A stretch of DNA of 64,000 bases from Eutreptiella sp. 'Long Island Sound 2002'. Its lineage: Eukaryota; Protista; Euglenida. The stretch spans positions 7,688,001 through 7,752,000 of the forward strand of contig OZ038378.1 in the NCBI GenBank assembly GCA_964036045.1, in the 5' to 3' direction. A model generated the notes under the pieces. It did no database searches and was not told the DNA's origin. It saw only the letters and a list, made by a program, of their open reading frames with translations. Positions within the stretch are counted from its first letter, which is position 1; every line of letters starts with the position of its first letter. Position numbers and translations under genes: made by a program. Below, in pieces: positions 1-12,700 of this stretch.

Positions 1-3000
1 TGTAAGGCCCGTGTAAAGTGGCGGAAGGCCCGTGTAAAGTGGTGTAAGGCCCGTGTAAAGTGGTGTAAGGCCCGTGTAAAGTGGTATAACGCCCGTATAA
101 AGTGGTGTAAGGCCCCTGTAAAGTGGTGTAAGGTCCGTACAAAGTGGTGTAAGGCCCGTGTAAAGTGGTGGAAGGCCCGTGTAAAGTGGTGTAAGGCCCG
201 TGTAAAGTGGTGGAAGGCCCGTGTACAGTGGGGTAAGGTCCATGTAAAGTGGTGTAAGGCCCGTGTAAAGTGGTGTAAGGCCCGTGTAAAGTGGTGTAAG
301 GCCCGTGTAAAGTGGTGTAAGGCACGTGTAAAGTGGTGTAAGGCCCGTGTAAAGTGGTGTAAGGCCCGTGTAAAGTGGTGTAAGGCCCGTGTAAAGTGGT
401 GTAAGGCACGTGTAAAGTGGTGTAAGGTCCGTCTAAAGTGGTGTAAGATCCGTGCAAAGTGGTGTAAGGCCCATGTAAAGTGGTGTAAGGCCCGTGTAAA
501 GTGGTGTAAGCCCCGTGTAAAGTGTTGTAAGGCTGGGGTAAAGTGGTGTAACGCCCGTGTAAAGTGGTGCAAGGCCTGTGTAAAGTGGTGTAGGGCCCGT
601 GTAAAGTGGTGTAAGGCCCGTGTAAAGTGGCGGAAGGCCCGTGTAAAGTGGTGTAAGGCCCGTGTAAAGTGGTGTAAGGCCCGTGTAAAGTGGTATCAGG
701 CCCGTGTAAAGTGGTGTAAGGCCCGTGTAAAGTGGTGTAAGGCCCGTGTAAAGTGGCGGAAGGCCCGTGTAAAGTGGTGTAAGGCCCGTGTAAAGTGGTG
801 TAAGGCCCGTGTAGAGTGGTGTAAGGCCCGTGTAAAGTGGTATAAGGCCCGTGTAAAGTTGTGTGAGGCCCGTATAAAGTGGTATAAGGCCCGTGTAAAG
901 TGGTGTGAGGCCCGTGTAAAGTGGTGTAAGGCCGTGTAAAGTGGTGTAAGGCCCGTGTAAAGTGGTGTAAGGCCCGTGTAAAGTGGTGTAAGGCCCGTGT
1001 AAAGTGGTGTAAGGCACGTGTAAAGTGGTGTAAGGTCCGTCTAAAGTGGTGTAAGATCCGTGCAAAGTGGTGTAAGGCCCATGTAAAGTGGTGTAAGGCC
1101 CGTGTAAAGTGGTGTAAGCCCCGTGTAAAGTGTTGTAAGGCCGGGGTAAAGTGGTGTAACGCCCGTGTAAAGTGGTGCAAGGCCTGTGTAAAGTGGTGTA
1201 GGGCCCGTGTAAAGTGGTGTAAGGCCCGTGTAAAGTGGCGGAAGGCCCGTGTAAAGTGGTGTAAGGCCCGTGTAAAGTGGTGTAAGGCCCGTGTAAAGTG
1301 GTATCAGGCCCGTGTAAAGTGGTGTAAGACCCGTGTAAAGTGGTGTAAGGCCCGTGTAAAGTGGCGGAAGGCCCGTGTAAAGTGGTGTAAGGCCCGTGTA
1401 AAGTGGTGTAAGGCCCGTGTAGAGTGGTGTAAGGCCCGTGTAAAGTGGTATAAGGCCCGTGTAAAGTTGTGTGAGGCCCGTATAAAGTGGTATAAGGCCC
1501 GTGTAAAGTGGTGTGAGGCCCGTGTAAAGTGGTGTAAGGCCGTGTAAAGTGGTGTAAGGCCCGTGTAAAGTGGTGTAAGGCCCGTGTAAAGTGGTGTAAG
1601 GCCCGTGTAAAGTGGTATAACACCCGTGTAAAGTGGTGTAAGGCCCGTGTAAAGTGGTGTAAGGTCCGTGTAAAGTGGTGTAAGGCCCGTGTAAAGTGGT
1701 GTAAGGCCCGTGTAAAGTGGTGTAAGGCCCGTGTAAAGTGGTGTAAGGCCCGTGTAAGTGGTGTAAGGCCCGTGTAAAGTGGCGGAAGGCCCGTGTAAAG
1801 TGGTGCAAGGCCCGTGTAAAGTGGTGTAAGGCCCGTGTAAAGGGGTGTGAGGCCCGTGTAAAGTGGTGTAAGGCACGTGTAAAGTGGTCTAAGGCCCGTG
1901 CAAAGTGGTGTAAGGCCCGTGCAAAGTGGTGTAAGGCCCGTGTAAAGTGTTGTAAGGCTCGTGTAAAGTGGTATAAGGCCCGTGTAAAGTGGTGTAAGGC
2001 CCGTGCAAAGTGGTGTAAGGCCCGTGTAAAGTGGCGGAAGGCCCGTGTAAAGTGGTGTAAGGCCCGTGTAAAGTGGTGTAAGGCCCGTGTAAAGTGGTAT
2101 AACGCCCGTATAAAGTGGTTCTAAGGCCCCTGTAAAGTGGTGTAAGGCCCGTGTAAAGTGGTGTAGGGCCCGTGTAAAGTGGTGTAAGGCCCGTGTAAAG
2201 TGGTGTAAGGCCCGTGTAAAGTGGTGTAAGGCCCGTGTGAAGTGGTGTAATGTCCGTCTAAAGTGGTGTAAGGTCCGTGTAAATTGGTGTAAGGCCCGTG
2301 TAAAGTGGTGTAAGGCCGGGGTAAAGTGGAGTAAGGTCCGTGTAAAGTGGTGTAAAACCCGTGTAAAGTGGTGTAAGGCCCGTGTAAAGTGGTGTAATGC
2401 CCGTGTAAAGTGGTGTAAGGTCCGTGTAAAGTGGTGTAAGGCCCGTGTAAAGTGGTGTAAGGCCCGTGCAAAGTGGTGTAAGGCCCGTGTAAAGTGGCGG
2501 AAGGCCCGTGTAAAGTGGTGTAAGGCCCGTGTAAAGTGGTGTAAGGCCCGTGTAAAGTGGTATAACGCCCGTATAAAGTGGTGTAAGGCCCCTGTAAAGT
2601 GGTGTAAGGCCCGTGTAAAGTGGTGTAAGGCCCGTGTAAAGTGGTGTAAGGCCCGTGTAAAGTGGTGTAAGGCCCGTGCAAAGTGGTGTAAGGCCCGTGT
2701 AAAGTGGTGTAAGGCCCGTGTAAAGTGGTGTAAGGCCCGTGTGAAGTGGTGTAATGCCCGTGTAAAGTGGTGTAAGGTCCGTGTAAATTGGTGTAAGGCC
2801 CGTGTAAAGTGGTGTAAGGCCGGGGTAAAGTGGTGTAAGGCCCGTGTAAAGTGGTGTAAGGCCCGTGTAAAGTGGTGTAAGGCACGCGTAAAGTGGTGTA
2901 ATGCCCGTGTAAAGTGGTGTAAGGTCCGTGTAAATTGGTGTAAGGCCTGTGCAAAGTGGCGGAAGGCCCGTGCAAAGTGGTGTAAGGCCCGTGTAAAGTG

Positions 3001-4080
3001 GTGTAATGCCCGTGTAAAGTGGTGTAAGGCCCGTGTAAAGTGGTGTAAGGCCTGTGCAAAGTGGCGGAAGGCCCGTGTAAAGTGGTGTAAGGTCCGTGTA
3101 AAGTGGTGTAAGGCCCGTGTAAAGTGGTGTAAGACCCGTGTAAAGTGGTGTAAGGCCCGTGTAAAGCGGTGTAAGGCCTGTGCAAAGTGGCGGAAGGCCC
3201 GTGTAAAGTGGGGTAAGGTCCGTGTAAAGTTGTGTAAGGCCCGTGTAAAGCGGTGTAAGGCCTGTGCAAAGTGGCGGAAGCCCCGTGTAAAGTGGGGTAA
3301 GGTCCGTGTAAAGTGGTGTAAGGGCCGTGTAAAGTGGTGTAAGACCCGTGTAAAGTGGTGTAAGGCCCGTGTAAAGTGGTGTAAGGCACGTGTAAAGTGG
3401 TGTAAGGCCCGTGTAAAGTGGTGTAAGGCCCGTGTAAAGTGGTGTAAGGCCCGTGTAAAGTGGTGTAAGGCCCGTGTAAAGTGGTGTAAGGCCTGTGTAA
3501 AGTGGTGTAAGGCCCGTGTAAAGTGGTGTAAAGGTCGTGTAAAGTGGTGTAAGGCCCGTGTAAAGTGGTGTAAGGCCCGTGCAAAGTGGTGTAAGCCCCG
3601 TGTACAGTGTTGTAAGGCCGGGGTAAAGTGGTGTAAGGCCCGTGTAAAGTGGTGTAAGGCCCGTGTAAAGTGGTGTAGGGCCCGTGTAAAGTGGCGGAAG
3701 GCCCGTGTAAAGTGGTGTAAGGCCCGTGTAAAGTGGTGTAAGGCCCGTGTAAAGTGGTATCAGGCCCGTGTAAAGTGGTGTAAGGCCCCTGTAAAGTGGT
3801 GTAAGGCCCGTGTAAAGTGGCGGAAGGCCCGTGTAAAGTGGTGTAAGGCCCGTGTAAAGTGGTGTAAGGCCCGTGTAAAGTGGTATAAGGCCCGTGTAAA
3901 GTGGTGTGAGGCCCGTATAAAGTGGTATAAGGCCCGTGTAAAGTGGTGTGAGGCCCGTGTAAAGTGGTGTAAGGCCGTGTAAAGTGGCGGAAGGCCCGTG
4001 TAAAGTGGTGTAAGGCCCGTGTAAAGTGGTGTAAGGCCCGTGTAAAGTGGTATAACACCCGTGTAAAGTGGCGGAAGGCC
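1..4080. repeat. 21-bp tandem satellite, consensus GTGTAAAGTGGTGTAAGGCCC (~190 copies in window, open at the left edge)
   Basis: The unit is read directly from the sequence, with two related halves GTGTAAAGTG and GTGTAAGGCCC. It produces the 7-aa periodic ORFs (HGPYTTL, VKWCKAR). The array ends abruptly at ~4080. Confidence 0.98.
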
Positions 4081-4483
4081 CGAGCCCCTCTATGTCATTA
4101 ATTTGCCTCCTCTTCTCTAGCTAAGGCCACGGGCAGCACACCAGTGGTCCCGCTACAAGAATACGAAAGCCACCTACCTAGCCAATAGAGCCATACCTCT
4201 TGGACGACCCATCCGTATAAACCGGCACATACTCCTGCCTAGTAAGCTAGTGAAGCCCCAACAGCTGGCGTTCTTCTTTTTCTGGCTTGGGGCACTTTGC
4301 CCGGATTTGCACCTTTGTGAGTGGTTTAACTAACATTATAGGTAGTGCTGGATACCTCAAAGTGCCTCACTCTTCCACAAATTCCAATGCATGCAAAAAG
4401 GGTTCCAAGCCCACTAGTGCGGTCCTGTGTCATGCAGAAAGCATATTCCAACGGACACTCGGGGGGGGGGGGGGGTTCCGGCT

Positions 4484-4810
4484 ACCCACACAGAGCCACA
4501 CAGAGCCACAAAGCACCACACAGCACCACACAGAACCACACAGAGCCACACAGCACCACACAGAGCCACACAACACCACACGGAGCCACACAGGGACACA
4601 CAGCACCACACAGAGCCAACACGGAGCCACACAGCACCAAACAGAGCCACGGAGCACCACACAGCACCACACACAGCCAGAGAGCACCACACAAAGCCAC
4701 AGAGAGCCACGCACAGCCACACAGTGCCACACAGAGCCACACAGCACCACACAGCACCACACAGAGCCGCACAGAGCCACACAAGGCCACACAGCACCAC
4801 ATAGCACCGA
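4484..4810. repeat. 10-bp minisatellite (CACAGAGCCA / CACAGCACCA variants)
   Basis: Directly visible tandem 10-mers, preceded by a G-homopolymer at ~4461-4475. Confidence 0.93.
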
Positions 4811-5343
4811 GTCCCACTGCCCAGTGCTCCCCGGCAGTGCGGCAGTGCACAGAAGGACAAGCTCCCGCCAAATCGGCGGCCAAATTCGGCCGACAGCGCC
4901 CATTTGCTGTGCCGATGTGTTGGATTTCTGAATTTCGCCAATTTGTTCTACCAATTCGTGGGGTTTTTGTGATTCTGCCGATTCATTTTGCCGATTTATT
5001 GGGGCTTCTGGGATTCTAGGACACCTGATTTGGAGGCCTCACTACTCTTTTTACACCATATGTATGTTCATGGCCCCCCCTATCTTCATACTTCATGCTC
5101 ACTCAACTACATTTTACACTCCGCAATAATTTTTCAGCCCACAATCATTGGGCCTCATGCACGTTGGGAAGCCTACGGGCGTGGCAATCTCCCACTGCAT
5201 CACCCGTTTCCAGACTCCGCTAATCCTCAGTATGTGTTCCAACGCTACCACAATCCCTCGTGGGATCATCACAGAGCTGGACAGCTCTGAACCTTGCTTC
5301 GGAGAGGTTTTGTTGCGTGCCATACAATGAGGGGGATACGACA

Positions 5344-5441
5344 GCTCATCCCGGTCTAGACCAAAAATGAGCTCATCCCGGTCCAGACCAAAAATGAGCT
5401 CATCCCAGCCTAGACCAAAAGAGAGCTCATCCCGGTCTAGA
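5344..5441. repeat. 27-bp tandem repeat, ~3.6 copies (GCTCATCCCGGTCTAGACCAAAAATGA)
   Basis: GCTCATCCC recurs at 5344, 5371, 5398 and 5425. Confidence 0.92.
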
Positions 5442-6499
5442 CGGTTTGTGAATGTTGCCGAAACACCCAACACGACTCAAGTGTGCGACATTAAGATCCC
5501 CCACACAACAAACCTATCTAGTGGCTATGCGGCACGATAGTATTTCTGGTGCCGCTCAAAACACATCCCACTGCCACGATGCCTATTGTGCTAACCATAC
5601 ATAGGGTACCAACGGGCCTTGTAATAGCATAGCGAGCTCCGCCAAAAGCAAGTCCTGGCCCGCTATGGAAATATCACCAAAATCAAGTGGCGCCAAACAT
5701 TGTTAGATGGCCGCCACCCCAATATGTAAATTTATCTCCTGAGATTCAAGGTGATTGCATATATAGCTACGCTCTTTCAACAAAGGAGCCAAACTAGGTA
5801 CCGTCGAAGATTTTCCAAAAGCACGTGATGCACAAATTCAAACAATTGTGGTGGTAACCCAACTCGCGGCCAAGCGATTGATGTGTGGTCAGAATACCAA
5901 ATGCCCATTGCATTGCACGCTTTCAGGATGTGGAGCAATGGCCTAGAGATCCAACGCCTTCACATTTCGAACCCAAAAGTAAATGATTTGGGCACAAGGC
6001 GAGCCGTAGTCTCTTGAACGAGGCTCAATACCCAGCCATATGATGTCCTGGCAATTGGTGGCCGGGGCCCCGTAGGAAATAACTTGCCAAAAGGGATTGA
6101 AACACTTGAACAATCCCCTACAACACCAAATGAGTGCGAAAATATGTATCCATGTTTGCAATCGCAGAAAGCGTATTGTGCCAGAATGGCATAGATGTAT
6201 GATCAAAGTCATCACGCCTTATCACATGCGACGTCTTTTCTGACGTGGGAGAAGCACTTTGCATACAAGGCCAACTTCGGCATGGACTCCCGAAAAGCCT
6301 TGCCTACTTGCGCAAGAAACAACAAATAAGTCGTCGGTTGGAAGCCAACCCTCATGCACCACCGTTGGTAGGGATGCACTACAAAAGCAACGAAAGATAA
6401 AGTCCCATGTGCACTCTTGCGTGCCGATACAATTTGTCGCTATCGAGACTTGCATCCATTCACACCGCTCATGCATGATCAAAAGCAAGAGGGGCGGGT

Positions 6500-9270
6500 A
6501 TTTTGTCGATGCAACCCCCAAACCAGCTAAGGGACAAACACTTGACTGCACTGAGAGTGTCCAAGCAGCTCTCCAAGACACTTGAAGTTCATTGTGACCT
6601 GCACCCTGTGCCGCCTCCGGAGCTCCTCCAACAGCTGCCCGTCGCAGAAATTACTCAGCACCTGCTTCTTCGTTCGTTGTCGCTCTGCATTTGCGGTTGT
6701 ACAGGTCTCCAAAGTAGTGCAACTTCATCCTCTTCAAAGTCTTTCAAGAGAAGTCCTTGTCACTTCATAGAAACTCCAAAATAACTTGAAACCTCAAACT
6801 TGTAAAACCCAAGCATCAATATTGTCGTCGTCTTTTGTCAACGACGAGTGTTCTTGATTTTTCGTCGACGCTCTCATGGTCTGGACGATGAAGCCTTTGG
6901 TAGATTTGAAATCAGCGTTCAAAGTATGCAAGTATAGCTGTGAATTATCATAGTAGATCCTTCATTTTAGAACCATGTCTTCTTGGACAGCGTACAACAA
7001 CAGCTCATCGTTGTCGTTCACCAAAGTCGAATTTTCTGGGTTGTACAGTCTTTGTCGTTCCTTCTAGCTATTAATAGGGCAAGACCTGCCGTTCTGCAAG
7101 GACATTTTGGTGTGCAGGGGTGATACCCGTCTACACGTTCATGTAGGTCCTTAAGAGACCTGAGCCATTGGTGGTCCCAGATCTTCCTCAATACTTGAGA
7201 AACACAGTCATTCGTCCCTAAGAAAGAGGCCGTGCGGCGACCCCGACCCTGCCCCTCAATACCTCCATTTGTGGTGCTCAAAGCACTGCATGCGTTGCCG
7301 TTTTCGGTATCCGCGAGTAGGGCCGCTAAAGTGAGCAATGACAAACATAGATGCAAGCAATTGCTATGGTACAATCAATGTGCCAAGCAAGCAACCGGAG
7401 GCTTGAATGGGCTGAGAAGGCTCTTACCTTGACTACAACATTGCGTAGGTGTCGCTCCAACTTCCCCAGAGGCAATATCCCCCCCTTCGGGGGGCTATCT
7501 CTTAAACCACACCATCCTCGCCTACAACCCAAACACCCAGCTAACTTGCAATCCACACCTGCAGCCGCCTCCGGAGCTCCTCCAACAGCTGCCTGTTGCT
7601 GAAATTACTCAGCACCTGCTTCTTCGTTCGTTGTCGCTCTGCATTTGCGGTTGTAGAGGTCTGCAAAGTAGTGCAACTTCATCCTCTTCAAAGTCTTTCA
7701 AGAGAAGTCCTTGTCACTTCATAGAAACTCCAAAATAACTTGAAACCTCAAACTTGTAAAACCCAAGCATCAACATTGTCGTTGTCTTTTGTCAACGAGA
7801 GTGTTGTTGAATTTTCGTCGACGCTCTCGTGGTCTGGACGTTGACGCCTTTGGTAGAGTTGAAGCGCCCCAGGAACGGCGACTCCACCAAGTTTTTCAAC
7901 AGCACCTTGCTCTTTGGTGTATTTACGAGAAGTCCAAGGAATTGTTCAAAGTTGGTGACAAGCAAGATAATACCGCACACTACATGTAAACATTGCAATT
8001 GCTCTTATAGACACCAAATCCACAACTCAGTCAAAAACATGATTGGGCGTTGGCATTTTTTGGTTTAGTACCAAAATTATCTTACTTTGACTTTGCTGTA
8101 TCGTTCAGCTGTCCTACGGGTGAAGCAGCTCCTGGAAGCATACATGATGCTTGTTGTAGCAGTGTTGTTAGTCCCACAGCTTTTTGTGGTAGAGAGAGCG
8201 GCGGTTATGAAGGTGGTGCATTCACAGTCCAGCGTACGGTAGTGTGATGCCCTCCACCAGGCGCTGTTTCTGTTGGTGGTCTGCCATATGCTTTCTTGAA
8301 GTGTGTTTTATAACCAAGACTCCATGACACCGCATTTTCTTGACGGCACCACAAGCGTGCCACAGACCAACCACAATATGCCCACCTTTCAAATATCTCT
8401 TTTGCTCCAATGGTAGTTGGTCTTGTAGTTGATCCTCTATTTTGAAGAAGCGTGGTTCTGATCACCCACTGGTGCAAAACATTAAACACAAAAATCGCCC
8501 ATCTCGACTCTTCTCACCCGTTGCCATGAAAGATCACCAAAATTCGCGTAACTTAGTTGCAGTGTGGACACGGTCATGTAGTCGCTGGCCTTGCTACGTC
8601 TTTATAATGCCGCGTTTGGTGCTAGAGCTCACGCACCAAACTGTCTGTCTGTTGCTTTCTCTCCACCCTACCCGACATTCGGCATCTCAAGCGGCATTGT
8701 AATGCCTACGGGTGTATGTCCTAGGAAAATCATGGACGCGGACTCCTTCGCCTCCAGCTCCTTCACAGGTCCCAACCTACAAGTGATGCATCATGATATT
8801 GAACATACTATCGATTAGTGCACACTTAGCCATACACGTTGGGACCCACGTTGGGCTGCACAAACTGTTCCTTGTCCTCCACTGATTAAGTGTATCCTAT
8901 GCCATACACACAGTGGCTCCGTGAGGCATGATTGGAGTGATGTAGTGTCAAGCACTACCTGAAGATCACATCCTTACCAGCACTAGCCCGACATCATTTT
9001 CTTTCCACTCCCATGCATATGCGCAATTCGCAAGAACATCCAATGCTTCATTTTCTTTGCAACTGGGGGCTTTGCGATAACTCGAGCTAGACTTAACCGG
9101 ACCAACTCCTTCTCTATGGAGACATGCACACGCATCACCGACATGCGCCCAATTCCACGATAGCCATCTTTCAACTTTTCAGCTGTCACTTCTGTCTTGT
9201 CCCGGGCCCCTTCGATCTGTTGAGCATTGTTTCCCGTTGCTTGTCGGGGAAGTGTTCCAGAGGATGACAT
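6500..9270 (-). pseudogene. Decayed protein-like reading frames of unknown identity, possibly cargo of the adjacent large element
   Basis: Stop-interrupted but protein-like minus-strand translations, e.g. RLYNPENSTLVNDNDELLLYAVQEDMVLK*RIYYDNSQLYLHTL and the ORF at 8983-9270. No family motif was recognised. Confidence 0.3.
6612..7863. repeat. Pair of ~300-bp direct repeats (~6612-6910 and ~7566-7863)
   Basis: The near-identical block CCTCCGGAGCTCCTCCAACAGCTGCC...CCTTTGGTAGA occurs twice, ~955 bp apart, with scattered substitutions. Confidence 0.9.
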
Positions 9271-9789
9271 AACTGCAAATTAGCATCCTTCAAAGACGTA
9301 AGTCAACAAGCATGCGTACTACACTATGTGCCACATCATGCGGTTTCTTGGTCGCTCATTCGCTGCATCGTCCATTTTTGACTGCGGTCGCTCTACGCCA
9401 TACATATGATCCACAATAGTAAGGCTAGTTTTTTCGTCCGCATTTTGACTTAAAAAGCAACCTGCCTATCGACACATACGAAGTATAAACGGCGCACTTA
9501 TTGCCAATTCTAGATGCCACCTGCTTTTGTCACTGTCGTATCAGACAAGGCCAAAATGAACACCATCAAGGACTAGATTATTAAAGGCATGCATGTCACC
9601 AAGCAAAAACGTTCCTCCATGCTCTACACAATCCCTATACTTAGCCTATATGAAGTTGCATGCGATCGCACCAAGGTCATCTCAATGATATCGCAACAGC
9701 CAAAAGCGACACAAAAGCATACAACACACGCCCCATATTCCGCTGTTTGAGACACAAACGATCCAAGCCATAATGCAAAAGCACATCAT

Positions 9790-12700
9790 GACGCACAAAC
9801 TCACAGCGATGGATTTTCATCGTGATACATATTGAAAAAATCACCGACCAAATGCAACATCTTTCATGCTGCTAGTATTGTGACCCGAGTACATAATTAG
9901 CAAACCACACTACGTTTACTACAACCTGTACTCTACGTACATATTTCTCCCCGCATTCACGCCCCCTATCGCACAAAACCTTGCGCTTCTGCAACACCAA
10001 TGGGGACAATAAATGCATTCAGCCACGGATCATTCAGGAAGTGAGTGCACCCTTATACCTCCTCCTCGGCAATATAAAGACGTTCTCTTGGATAAGAGAA
10101 TGCTGACAATGCGTCATACACCAAACCTCTTTCGCTATAATTTAAGGTTGCAACTTCGTATGTACAATGAATAGTTCCACTCCATAGCATTTCTTAGCAT
10201 CATCCGTCCAAAACACTTTAGCCTTGATAGGCATCCGCAACCAACAAATCTTGACCTAATTGCAAATGACTACGTATACACAATCAAGAATTGCAATTGC
10301 TAATCATTTTGTACCATCACACTTCCACGAGACTTCAGCCCTCAGGGGCACCGATAGCTAAGTGGGCGATCCACACCATGTAAGCTACCGTCAGCTAAAG
10401 AAAAGTTGAGAATGCACACAATTCTTCGCGTGAACGCAGTAAAAAAACCCAAAAAAAGACAAGTGGAATATATGGTTTGAAACCGCCTCAGTATTTGCAT
10501 CAATGATGCACTTGCGTATCATTTTCAGCGCACTAACCTTCTAAGCACAAATGTGTTAACGGGATTCCTTCTGAATGTGAACCCTTGCTGCAGAAGCCTA
10601 CATGCTCAACATATATTCAATGTTCGCATTGGTCTTGCTTGTGAAGAAATTGTATTTGAGTTCCACATGAGGCAATGCCGTATGTTCACGGGCATGCTTA
10701 CTCATCACGCAACAGAAACATCTGCACGGCTGTTATAAGCCTCCCAACGAAGAACATGTATCGCATATTCTTGAAGACAAGGAGCCACACACTTGGGAGG
10801 TCGGAAAAAGGTTTGCGGTGGGGTGGGGGGGTCATTCGAGCCCCCTTCCCCCGGGCGGGGGGGGGGGTTGGAAAGCGGGCTCGCGTGACAGGACTGGTGT
10901 CAAAACAAACATTTTACTGAATTTTCCCGGACTTCACTCCCACAGGTCCCTACGGGGTATACAAGGGGCACGGGTAGGGCCTAGAGGGGCAGCTGCCCTA
11001 TTGCGGTCAATCATGATGTCATTTAAAGCCATGTTTGGCAGGTGTTACACCTTTTTTTTTTGGAGGATCCAAAGAGCGGAGGAGGGGAAAAAGTGACGAA
11101 TGGGGGCACCTAGGGCTCCTCGTCACGGGTCGCGAAGCCCAACCCCCTTATAAAGTGGGCCAAGCGAAATACACACTAAGACCCCCACCCATCCCTCGGG
11201 GGCTAAAAAGGTGGCCGTGACCTCTCCTAGACTCACACCCACCAAGAAGGAAAGGGGGAAAAAAAGTATCTTTTTTTGGACACCAGAAAAATCCCACACG
11301 TGATTGTAGTGCCTTTCAAGCTTTTTTCTGTGGCAAGCAATCAATATGACGAATATTGGAATGCAGAGCATTTGCATGTGTACACAATGTTTCCCTCTAC
11401 CCCCCTAAAAGACGGCATTCAAATTGTGTGCAAAAATGTGGCGGGACTGCCAAGAGGAGGCCAAGGTGGGGCACTATCTGGTAGTTTTTTGTTGGATGAG
11501 ATGCAGCTTGAATTGACCGGACATAAATACCACCACTATTGGCAGTTGGGGGGGGATAAGGGGCTGATGTTTAGCATTTGTCACGGGAGCCCCCACTTTT
11601 TGGGGGGTTTGGGAGTTGTTTGGAGGTCCCCGTCATGGGAGCCCTCTTTCCTTGGGGGGGGGGGAGGGGGGGCATGGCTTGTTTTTTCGTGGCTCGTCAC
11701 GGGAGCCACCCCAGGGGGGAGGGGGGGGTCCGGAAAATCGGCTCGAACGACCCCCGCCCCCCGTAAACCTTCCCCCCCCCACCCCTTTCGCAGTGCGTGA
11801 ACACTTTGTACCATACCAACAACCTCCACCGCGACAAATATGAAAGAAACATTTTTTTTGCAAGAAACATGCGCCTTTGTCATTGACTCAACCTCGCATC
11901 ATAGCATCATGTGACGTTTCTTCAGCGGGCACCCGCCATGCCTTAAAACCCAAAATACATTTAATACCAAAAAGTCCACTTCCTTAGATGGGCAACGGGT
12001 GGGTCGGAGGGATTCCACTACACTCCACCTTCCAAATCTCGCAAGGCTCGCTGTCACCCATCACCACCCACAGACTCGTGCATTCTAAAGTCTTAGGGAC
12101 GTGCAAAACCTTTTGTCGAAAACGAGTATAGTTCTAGAGGTAGGCCTAGTTCGTGCATCATAACACATCCAAAGGAACCACTACCTGATACCTGTGAATG
12201 GAGATAAATAATATGTTCCATGGTTGACCACAAATCTATGTGCAAGTCCCTCCACAACCAAGGGGCTTGGTTGAGAGAGAACGCGATGTATAAGCACCGC
12301 ATCAAACCTACCTCTTGAATGGTGATCGCCGCTTTGACAGTGCTACATTGTAAGAGTCACCACCTTGCCGAAGACCGTCAAATGGAATTCAAATACACCT
12401 CACGTTATTGAGCCCCGGTGGACAAATGGAAAGTCTGAAGAGCGAACAACGTAGTCAAAAAGCAAAAGGAAGATACGTGAAGTCAAGGACTAATAGATGG
12501 CAACAAGAGGTGTCCGAATACCGTTCACTTTGAGGTGCAAGAAATGCAGTTGCGCACGCCAACCAAAGTACAACTGAATAAAACACTCTCTTAACGGTCC
12601 ATCCAAATCATAGCGCAAAAGAATATCATGAAGCATAGACTCACAATGACGGATTTTCATCCTTACACGTATTAAAAGTCACCAACCAAATGCAACATAT

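Noticed and set aside
433-4058. Long ORFs (396, 255, 645 and 581 aa) with HGPYTTL / VKWCKAR repeats
   Set aside because: They are by-products of a stop-free 21-bp satellite that is open on both strands, with no unique coding sequence.
4287-5019. Overlapping ORFs rich in H/T/Q or C/V/L
   Set aside because: They are translations of the 10-bp minisatellite in all frames.
6612-7863. LTR retrotransposon (TRIM) reading of the 300-bp direct repeats
   Set aside because: No TG...CA termini, PBS, PPT or TSD were seen; a local tandem duplication is the simpler explanation.
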